DNA of 64,000 bases from Amoeboaphelidium protococcarum X5 (lineage: Eukaryota > Fungi > Aphelidiomycota): positions 630,708 to 694,707 of the forward strand of contig JALDTO010000266.1 of assembly GCA_023515725.1 (NCBI GenBank), in the 5' to 3' direction. How positions within the stretch are numbered: the first letter of the stretch is position 1; the number at the start of each line of letters is the position of its first letter. Shown here piece after piece: positions 42,165-55,258 of the stretch. The position numbers were made by a program, and so were the translations under genes. Below the pieces are notes generated by a model. The model was not told the DNA's origin and did not search any database. It worked only from the letters and a program-made list of their open reading frames with translations.

Positions 42165-45050
42165 ATGAATTCCTATGTATAGCTTGTATCTACACCATCC
42201 GCGATCAAGACCAAGACTGGATTGAGTAATGGGAATTAGGCAATTAGCGTTGGACCAGAGATGCATGCCTCGCTTCTGATACACACACAACAGGCGAGAT
42301 ACGTGATCAATGCTCCGGAGGGATTGCAACGTCTACTTACCCAGTATAAAATTAAGTTATCGACGCAAAAGTACAGAGCCACTATATTGACGCGTGTGAA
42401 TTGGTCATAAACATTTGGCGGTATGCCTGGGATGATTTTGACTTATGGAGATCAGTACACCAAAGCACTGAATGAGACGAGAGATTAGAGTGCTATAACT
42501 GGCCAGGCGAAGTTTGCTAGAAATCTAATGGAACTGTAAAAGATGCGTCATATTATTGTAGGTCCACCTCTAGTCACTAAGGCTCTTACATCGATGCGCT
42601 CCTTTTTATTGCGATCAGATTATCCTCTGTAGACTTTTGAATATGGTCGCGATCGGATGATATGTGATGCAGACGCTTCTAGTAGTAGTAGCAAGAGTGA
42701 TATATGGTCTGATGGAAATATTACTGTTCATAGAATCGCTCTATGGGCGTCATAGGATGATAGTGTTGATCATGAGAGTAAATTAATGTATGATAGCGCC
42801 GTATGTAAAAATGATCTTAAGCGAGACCGCAAAATGTTGGCCACAATGTTCAAAACTCTGAACAGTTAGAGCCAAAGTAATAGTTCAGACAGCGAGTAGA
42901 GTTCAGATTCTGATGGAAGTACCAACAGTAGTAGATAGAAACGACGTCGATCATAATCACCTGTGAATAGAATCAGGAGATTATCTGCAGATTCGGATTA
43001 GAGCCCAGTCGTCCCGCCCAGGTCAGAGTCTTCTGTACTTTTAATATAAATGCCTGCGAAATAGCCAAAGTTTAAAGCGGATGTTGCCAAATAGCTGGGT
43101 GTCTTTGGTCCTTAAATACGATAGCTTTTAGCTGATGGCCATGTGACGTTGAATTGTGGACGTGTTGTGATTAAAGACTAGGTGTTGGAACCGTAAACAC
43201 CCGCTGCTGCGTTCATGGTGATTGATGTTCCATCCCACCGTTATCTACCATCTCTCTTATAATAGCAGAAGCGGATTGCGGAAAAGGTTAACAATCATGG
43301 CGGATATTTCACTGTGTAGAGCGTATTTCACATTCTTGGTGGTGAGAGTATGTTAGATGGCGAAGATTTACGCATCGCTAATGATCCTTCATATAAATAG
43401 TTCATGGAGAACGTCTTTAATGATAACGTCCAGCATATTTACGTTGGCAAGTCTTATGGTCCGGAGTATAACGCGTTCCAGTCATCACAGCTCCAACTTA
43501 TGAAGCTGAATCGTTTAGACTCTTGTATTTATCCTGTTCAAAATGGAGATTTTGATTCAAGTTCGAATAGTTTATAGCTTGGTGCTAATGAGCATCTTGG
43601 ATTGCCATTGCTCAAAGTAGATGTAAGCGGTTCCTCCACTAATAATAATCACCGCTGTATTGTTGATGAGTCTGAGAGCATCAGCTAGTTGAAGTCAATG
43701 CCAACTGAACAGAAAGTAAAGTCCTATTTTGATCGTCGAAGCGAATTGACTGCTTTAGTCTCTCAGTGCAACACAGACTCTGATATAACATTGGAATAAC
43801 AGCAGCAGAGGCAGCAAAATCAATAGTTATAACAGAGCATGTAGTTGAAGAAGTGCGTTGCATTTACCGGAACAGGCTCTATGCTTCCATCAAAATATAG
43901 GAATGTCAGCGGAATAGTGGTTTTCACAAGTGATGACGAAGCAATGATGTTGGATTGCGGAGAGGGTACTTATGGCTAACTGTTGCGCTTAATGGGTGCA
44001 GACAGTCTCGCAGATTTTCTAACTAGAAAGCTGAGAATGCTTTTCATCAGTCATATGCATGCTGACCACTAGATGGGAATCATTCGTCTCTTATAAGAAT
44101 ACAATGCTTTGAGATCATTGATGCTCTATAAAGAATAGCAAGTGCACCATCCTCTGCATATAGTCGGTCCATCAATGTTAATGTAGTTCCTTAAACTGTA
44201 CAGCAAGGCTGATAAATCTCTGGTAATGGATAATAACATCAAATTTATCGATGCATAGATGCTCTTAGAAGATTGTAATGCTACTTCGGATCCCAGCTTG
44301 ATGTCTTTATATAAGAATTATGACATTAACGCTATCAGGACAAGTATCGCTGATCATTGTCCCGAGGCTTATGGTATCTGCGTGGACACGAATACTTTGT
44401 TTGATGATTATGACTCTGTTACTACCGTGGAGTAGAAGAAACTGGTAAGTATTGTATACTCTGGTGATAGCCGTCCATGCTCTCATTTAGTTGAGAGGTC
44501 TTTTGCCCCTTCATCATCTGAAGTATAATTATAATCCGTAGCTGGATGTAATGATGGTGTTACTGAATAATCAGATCCAGTTGTTAATATACGCTCTGAT
44601 TATAAAAGCACCTCTATGCCTTAAGAAAAGCGACACAAGATCCTAATTCATGAATGCACTTTTGAAGATGATATGCAGAGGGAGGCTGAATTTAGGAAGC
44701 ATTCTACTAGGGGTGAAGCTTTGTAAATTGCCCAGTAGATGAAGGCTAGTGAACTCTTGTTGACGCATTATAGCCAGCGGTATCCAAAGTTCTCTCCTGG
44801 AATCAGCCCAACTTAAGGTGTAGATAATGAGATTTCTGGCGATCCAATACCTGTTGGTAATGCATTTGATCTAATAGTTGTCCCATTTGGACAAGTTCAT
44901 AAACTGGCGCGTCATGTCCCTGCTTTGACTGCAATGTTTCCCATTGAAGATGACAATGACTTCGATGCTATTGATGACGATCGTACCTCTGCTGAAGTTT
45001 AATCTCCATCCACAATAGATCTTGATGATGATAAAGAAGCAAAATAATGA
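42165..45050 (+). CDS. TRZ1: tRNase Z, long form (ELAC2/Trz1)
   Basis: EGLQR, GGMPGMILT, FTGTGSMLPSKYRNVSG, LDCGEGTYGQ, FISHMHADH, VYSGDSRP, LIHECTFED, HST, LTHYSQRYPK. Confidence 0.93.
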
Positions 45051-45208
45051 ACAACGTAAAATAAAATTTAGCTGAAAAAAATTCCAATTTTTATCACATA
45101 TCACCGCATAATCTCAATGTTTCGCACTCTCTGTAACAACACGCACGCATACACATACTTGCAACCCATCAGATCCATCAGCCAATGATGTACAAATCAA
45201 GTGCCAGA

Positions 45209-47772
<2,564 letters not shown>

Positions 47773-47858
47773 GTTGTTAATAAGTATTTACAATAGATGT
47801 ATTTTACTATAATCGACTCAAAAGACGGGTAATAATAAGGACAGAAAGGGAAACAAGA

Positions 47859-47885
47859 AAGAGAGAGAGAAAGAGAGAGAGAAAC
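47859..47885. repeat. (GA)n-rich tract upstream of CDC48
   Basis: gagagagagaaagagagagaga visible directly; pyrimidine-rich on the coding strand. Confidence 0.7.
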
Positions 47886-48388
47886 GAAACGAAACGATGA
47901 GAGCGCGGAACGACCACTGTAAAGAAGGACAAAAACGGAAAGCACTGCGAGAAAGAGAGATCGGGATGAAACGAATGTGATGGAACAACGTCAAGTCTTC
48001 TTCAAGTTTTCGATTTCAGTGCCGAAACAAAACAATGACTATCATGGGATGATGCTACTGGGGAGAAAGAAAGAGAGATCGACGCGTACTTCTGTACGAG
48101 AGTTTTCATCGGCAGGCATCAATCATTACTGATCAACAGCGGAAAAAGACGCGCGTAAGTAAACGTCAGCTGACAGTATTCGCTAATGTCACAACATTAC
48201 AGACATTCTACAAAGAGAAAGGAGGAAAGGATACAGTAAAGTATATACAGTATTTTATCAAGAAGATCAAAAGCCATGATGCATTCGATAGAAAAACTAA
48301 ATATTCAAAGTTACACAGAAATTCATTTCAGTCCACGCTGATACCCACACACACACACACTTCATTCAATCTAACAATCAACAACCTT

Positions 48389-50815
48389 TCAGTTCATCCA
48401 GTTTTACGATTGAGAACTAAAATCAAATTAACCATTTCCACTGTTGCTATTGTTGTTGTTATTCTTTACCGGTGACTTGGTAGGTGATGACTGTAAGGAT
48501 GACTGCTGCTACTTCTACGGCTACTGCTGTCCCCATTACAGCTGAGATTGGACATTCAAACTTGAAAACTGATCTGCAAATTAGGAGTAGTTATTCTGGG
48601 GTTGCTACTAATACTGCTACTACTACTGCTGTGGTTAGTATTGCTTTTACATACCTGATCCCATATTAAAATCTCCCAAAAGATCCAATAACTCATTACC
48701 ACTAGGTTTGACGGCAGGCTGACTGGAATTCTGAGATGCAGTTGGAGATATCATAGTTGGAAATGAAGATTAGCTGTAAGGAGAGGACGGCTGCTATTAC
48801 TAAATCGATCCAAATAAATCTTGAGTAATACCGCTCTTGTTGACACTATTACTAGCAGGTGCCGGAGCCGGAGCACCAAAATCTAAATCAAGCAAATCAC
48901 CAACTCCAGTCTACACCATGTCCTCACCCTTCTCCTCGTCAGCTTCCTCCTTATCAGCCGCCTGGATCACAGATGTCTCCGCCTTGTACTTGCTCAAGAA
49001 AGTGTGCGGCGGCTTTTGGTAGACAGAGGCAACGGTGCTTAGTAACTTTAGCAAATCATTCAACATTGACTGCGGCACCGACGTGGATTCAAATGCAATA
49101 GGCGGCTTCTCACTCATAACCACCGCTTTACACAGTCTTGGATCAGCTGCAAGAAGACGCCAGTAAATGTAAGCCTTGTCACGCAGATCCGCGCTATCAC
49201 TAGAAGTAGTAGCCATCTGAAGCAATTACTACACTAATTGCTGAGCTTGTGCAGGCCGATGACAAAACAACTTCACGGTCGCAGTAAGTAGCTGAGTCTA
49301 CACCAAGGGCACCTCTAGCTTCCAGGACTCACAAAAGAACTAAATCAACTCCTGGGCATTCTAAATCTTACCAGCATTCTCGCCAATGATCCAAATCATA
49401 CTAGCTTTGGCCTCTGGCTCATCAAGATTCTCCAAGTTCTCGCACAGCACAGGAATTACATTCTCAAACTTATTTGGATACTTTCTGAAAATATCCTTAA
49501 TCACAATGACAGCCTCTTGCACCACATAGTTAACCTTGATCTTGATCAGATCCACCAGAGCATTAACACAACGCTCGGCAGCAGTATCAATCTTAATGGC
49601 ACAGTTCCCGATAGCCTGAATACTGGTACGCACAAAATCAACATCCACCTCTTTGGCATACTCCTTCAGCTCTCCCAACACTGCATCAACATTATGTGGA
49701 CCCACCAACCTTATAATCACCTTCAGCTTCTCCAACTTAACATACGGTGTATCATTATACTTGCAGAAGAAGACTGAAACGTTCTCAGACAACACTTCAG
49801 GATAACGCTGAACAATCAGGTCAATGTTCTTCAAAATGACATACTAAATCTCTGGCGGATTACTCAATAGCGTAACTAAAGGAGGCGACAGCTTCTTGGT
49901 TAGACTTCTAATAACATCGTCCTTCTTTATGTATTCCATATAATTGATCATCAACTTGACAGCATTGAGTACAACCGAAGAATTGACGTGCTGTAGACGA
50001 GGCAAAACCCGTTCCACCACCTGCTCTGCTTCCTGAGAAGACTGTGGAATATACATACACAGTGCTTCCATGATATAAATCTGACCCCACTCTGTGCATT
50101 CATTCAGAGCGGTAAGTAGCTTATTCAGCAGGGAGGCATTAATCTACAAGACGTCCTGTCTAGATCCATCAGCATTCTGAGATGTTGCCTGATGGATTTC
50201 GACAATTGCAGCCACAGCATTGGCAATAACAGTAGGATTCTGATCAGCCAGCATATCCTGCAAAATCTAAATAAATCCGTTCTCTTAAGCAACAGAAGGA
50301 GATAAATCGTGCAGCTTCACCACACAGAGAGCAGCAGTTTTACGCACATAAGGATGATCATCTTTCAAGGCCTTCTTCAACGGTTCGCACATGTAATCCA
50401 ACATCTTTTACACCTTAAGACAGCCCATGGTACGAATAGCCATAGCCCTGATCAGTGGATTAATATCATCACAATCCTTGACAAAAGTATTGATGGCTAG
50501 AATGACAAGCTCCGGCTAACTCTTGGCATAGTTGATAAGATACAAGTAGACCAACTTCTTCAACTCCAGGTCATCAGTCTGCATATTCTTCACCACATCA
50601 GCAAACAGCATACTGACATCTTTCCCGATGGTCATACTCGCAATCACCTTCTTCACCGCATCCTTACGTATGTACTTGGTGTCCCCATTCAGTTCATTCT
50701 TCAACTCATAAATCTCTCCTCTCTTGTTCACAGGAGTGTTGAAGAACTTGGCATTATTGGGCTTGCCCTGGATCATATCAACAACCTGCTGCATCTACTT
50801 TATCGTATTATCCAT
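48389..50815 (-). CDS. APL2: AP-1/AP-2 complex beta subunit (trunk + hinge, no ear domain)
   Basis: [51 protein letters not shown]; clathrin box LLDLD; then a Q/N-rich tail to TGA 48389. Confidence 0.92.
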
Positions 50816-50887
50816 ATTAGTTGAATTTTCGCTTACTAGCTCTTATAACTATTGTACTTAGTTATTGTAATCAAACTAAACAATTAA

Positions 50888-51080
50888 AGGGAAGAAGAAC
50901 CCGCGGCGTCGAGCGAAGAAAGCTTTTGTAAAACAACCTGCAGGCGAAACTGAAGCAAAGCCGTTCTTGATCGTTTCTTCCTTTCTTTCCTTGTCACAAA
51001 CTTTTACAAGAACTCAATCTTCGCGATATCGTCTGTAACTGAATTGCGCGCTTGCCAAGCCGCATAGATCCTTCTTCCCT
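50888..51080 (-). ncRNA. candidate Fanzor omega-RNA scaffold overlapping the ORF 3' end
   Basis: AGGGAAGAAGGAUC (51080-51067) pairs fully, with two G-U pairs, with GGUUCUUCUUCCCU (50901-50888). The stem extends through GCGGC/GCCGC and encloses nested stems. Position is typical of TnpB/Fanzor guide scaffolds. Confidence 0.6.
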
Positions 51081-54000
51081 CTAGATGTTGCCGCTAGCTT
51101 TGCTACACAGATAAGGGGGTCTTTCAAGCCCTGCTAATACAGCTTTTGCGACGTTCACCAAATTCTCAGCGGCCATGATATCACGGTGAAAAAACTTATG
51201 ACACTGTCTACAATACTTTACACGCAAACCAAAGCTTTCGCACATTCGGCCGCAGCATGGAGCTTTTTAGGAGGTGAGATATTCATTTAGATAGATGACA
51301 GGATATCCTCGACTCTTGACCTTTGCTACGAAGTACTTTTCGAATGATTAATGAGTAGTTTACTTACTCTCAAACTACGCATCACCAAGACCAAATATAA
51401 CTTTGCCGTAACACTTCTAGTTAATTTTACCATCCACCATTTTTAAAATGGCATTTGTAGCCCGGTCATATTCCGCTCTTTACGCTTTCTTTTAATCCCA
51501 TGAAGCTCTTTTCCATCGACTATGGCAGTAAAACTCTCTAAGTTAACTATATGTTGCTATATAACGAACCCAATAATCCAATAGTGACTCGACCTATAGA
51601 CGTTCCAGAGAGCGTTCGGCATCCTAAATCGTATGAGATCTCTCGCCAAACCACCTTCTAAATCTTCTATTTGGCTCGTTCAATGCAGCAGACTTAATCG
51701 TAAGTGATCGCAATTGACGACTTTCGCCAGCTCCTTTCTCGGCCACCGCGCCAACTGTATACCTCTCCCCGATATCAATACAGCATATCCAGTAGTCAGA
51801 CAACTCAATTGCTGGCACGCGAATCCGACTCGAAAACTTCCTTTGGATCTTCACTCTAGTAGCTTCAGCGCCTTGCAGCAAAGAGCGAGAACCACTTTGA
51901 ACACGTTCTACTGGCTTTGACTACTTGGTGTTTATGCAATGAACCTTCAACACTAACCCATTGGTTAGGAAAGTACAGCCAAGACTCTTGCTGTTAGTAG
52001 ATATTGGATCATAGTCTCTGAGCAATCGAAGACCTCCATTCATCTTCAAGCCATGAATGCCAGCCAACGTTTCTCCCTTCTGCTTCATTAGTTTACCATT
52101 TTGATACCATTCATTTTATTCCCGGCGTAAGCTTTACGCAGACACATTACTTAATCCGTTCTAAATAAGCTGCTACTCAGCGACATCCCAGCAATTAGTA
52201 ATAACACTCTGTATAAGCTGCATTAACGAATTTCCAGTAAAAGTCACATAACACTCTGACAGCAACGAAAGAGGGTATGCAAATCGCTCTTCCTCAGGTA
52301 GTAGAGAATTTAATGCATCATACTTCTAAAAAATTGAATCCAGCATATCAATCTCAGTTATTTAATCGCGCTTGCTTTCATCAAACTCCAAGACTTTGGC
52401 AGCAAGGAGCTCCATACGACCAATAACTTGGGAAGCAAACTCAGAATCTAAAACTATAGCCAATTAATCAATGATCTACGAAACGGTAATCCTTCTGTCG
52501 AACTAACCTTAAAGCTTGTCTAGAATCGTTGACTAACCTTTAATTAACTATCCAAACTTCAGCACAGCAGCACATTTCTGGCTGCGCGTAGATTTCCCAT
52601 TGCGCAAGAACCGTAATATACCCTGCCAAAATTTACGACCACCTTGTCCAGGAGTATCAGCATAGCAGATGCTGTCTAACAGTTAAATCTAGTCAGGAAA
52701 ATTCTTTAAAATGGTATCAATAAACCACCGCGCCCCCAGCTAAGCCATTCTTTTGAGGAGATTCATCTCTTTCACTACAGTATCAATGGAATACTTCAAT
52801 AAGATTTGCAAGGCAGCAGATGCTTGGCCTTTCGACAAAGACTTTTATATATGACCAATTTCTTTAGTGCAAATAGCATGACGTCGGTTAAGTGACCGAA
52901 AAAGCTGTGTCTCTTAACTGTTGGTTCTCTTCTTACCAGAGGGCATTGCAGTCACTTTATCGCGAGTTTTGGCACTACTTTGACGATAATTCCCACGCTA
53001 CACCTTATCAGGCTTACTGGATTCACGGCGTCTCTTGTTACGGTGTGTTTTGTTTGCAACAGGCTGCTATAAATCTTCAGCGCTTCCATGAGCATCATTC
53101 TACTGATCCGACTCCTGTTCTATCGTTCTCGTCACTTTTATCGGCGGTATCTCAGACTTGGAAGGACGATTCACATCAACGGCTTTATATAGATATCTGC
53201 CCTTTCTGCAGATATTACCAGCTTCAGCAAGAGCATTCTTCTCGAACAGGGGACAGAATCTATTATATCCCTAATACTTTTTTGGCAACTACAAATACTA
53301 AACCGACTCACGGTCATGGCTTACTTGATGGCGACTTTTCTTCCATTCTTAATACAACCGAGTCTTATCATCTTTCAGCTATTCTACCTATTTTATCCAT
53401 CTGCCATATAATGATTTTAACGCGTTAAGCATCAGGCAGTTACGCTCATCGAAGGATAAATCGGCAGATGCAGCTATCTCCTCTAGATTCTCGATCATAC
53501 TCCACTCAATGACTTCAGCACTGCAAATTTATTGAACCACGCAATTAAGTGTACAACTTTACTGATGAGTACGGCCTTCTTCATTAAGGGACTGACTATT
53601 GAAAGACTCGTAACAATCATCAAACACTTGCAAAGCCACGTCAAATTGCGATCCTGCATCCATAATCTTCGCATACTACACGACAATCTGCTTCACATTA
53701 TAACCAAAGTCAATAGAGCGGATGATATTCAGATTCTTCCCAAAACCAAAGCCATACACATTATCGGAGTAATCATTCCCAGATACAATCGCCAGAGAAA
53801 CCCACTAGTCGTTACTGATCTTCAGTTTTGAGCACACGGCACTACGTTCCATAACAAAAATTTCATCAAGCCTGATTTAAATGTGGGTTTAGCAGCAACC
53901 TTTATATTCTTGTGCATGAATAAATCAGAATCAAAACTTATGGCAACGATGGGCTAGCAGGACTTTGCAATGTGGACATCGGCCTCACCAGCAGCGAGAT

Positions 54001-54524
54001 CGACACGGTAGCCAGCGTCGCTTAACTTTTGACGCAGCTAAGATGATTCGGAATCGTGCAGTAGCCACGGTGATAACTTCAACTTTCTTATTTGAGACCA
54101 TTTCGACTTGCTTACTCTAGAGTCTTTTGGCAAACCATTCAGCTTCTCATGCAATTTCATAATCTGTTTCAGTCTAGATTTGGTTCTGTTCAATTATGTT
54201 TTTAGCTTTTTCACGCGACGGCGCACCATCAAACACCAAAGTCAACACATCTTTCAACGGGATAGTTTTTTCACCTGCGCAAAGTTATTGATCGAGAGGT
54301 AATGCTTCTTTTATCATATTGATACATGCATCTATGGGTGACTTACTTCGCTTAAATATGCGACGCAACTGCCTGAAAAAAGTGCCATAAAAGTCTACCT
54401 GAATCTTCACTCCTTCGCCTATCGATGTTGTCGCAATCTCATACAACCGACGTAGATCGATAGGTCGTGAGTTTGTAAACAGCTACCGCTTCCTAAACTA
54501 CAAATGCGCCCCTTTTACTGTCAT
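50994..54524 (-). CDS. Fanzor (eukaryotic TnpB-like RuvC nuclease) fused to an N-terminal FEN1/XPG-type PIN nuclease; two frameshifts in the PIN part
   Basis: PIN motifs: MTVKG, IQVD, VFDGAPSREK, GEADVHIA, SFDSDL, and H3TH LAIVSGNDYSDNVYGFG. RuvC-I CIDIG (D 51774-76), RuvC-II NEYLTSQ (E 51282-84), Zn ribbon PCC...CRQC, RuvC-III HRDIMAAEN (D 51180-82), RPPYL. Uninterrupted from ~53880 to TGA 50994. Confidence 0.85.
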
Positions 54525-55258
54525 TGTGTTAGGTAATGAAAGTATTAAAGAGTGGTGGATATTAGAGTTGATTCGACGCGACATATATCAGTCGACAATG
54601 TGATCGTTTGCATTGTCATCGTTACGATGAGCTGGTTCATCGCATCAAGCTCGGCATTTGGTTGCAATAACAATAGCCACAGCTAGTGATGGGCGTAAAA
54701 TTAACATTGAGTTCATTTTCAATGATAGTAGTGGAAAGTGGAAAGAGAAAAAAGTATTAACAGGTACTAATGAGCTATAGAGGCCTCATAAATCGATGAT
54801 TGCCTTATAATTTACCTAGATCCAAACCTTGGAATGGTGGGCCAATCAGGCGCACTATCTATTTTTAGGTGTCACAATTGGCGAACGTTTGAACTTATAA
54901 GTAGAAGAAGAAGATGTCATCTTCGTTTGGAGCAACTGACCAAATGCCAGTAGATGCGCGTAAGTCGCAGTGGGGCTTACTGATAACAACTCTGTGCTCA
55001 ATTTAATATCTTATTGAGTTTATCAATATGACAATTAAGTTCCAAGTGACCTTAATTCTCGACTTGGTGAAATTGATATGATCTGACCAACACCAGTATT
55101 GGTTAAAAGACTATTGAAACGGACAGATGTGATCTGGATATACATACATTGAAGTGAGCGAGAGCTTGCACTGAAATACTTAATACGATTTCGGAAACGG
55201 TCTTGGTTTGAAACCGTTTAGGTTGTCGGAGAAACAAGACGCGCTCGGGTCTCTTACA

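Noticed and set aside
48389-48900. Missing ear domain of beta-adaptin as a novelty
   Set aside because: Fungal beta-adaptins commonly lack the appendage domain.
50880-50892. TTAA next to AGGG as a piggyBac end, or TIR/TSD for the Fanzor element
   Set aside because: The orientation is wrong for a piggyBac terminus, and no matching inverted repeat or convincing TSD was seen on the other side.
54290-54346. GTAAGT donor-like site in the Fanzor PIN region
   Set aside because: The frame is open through it to the VFDG motif, and no intron explains either frameshift.
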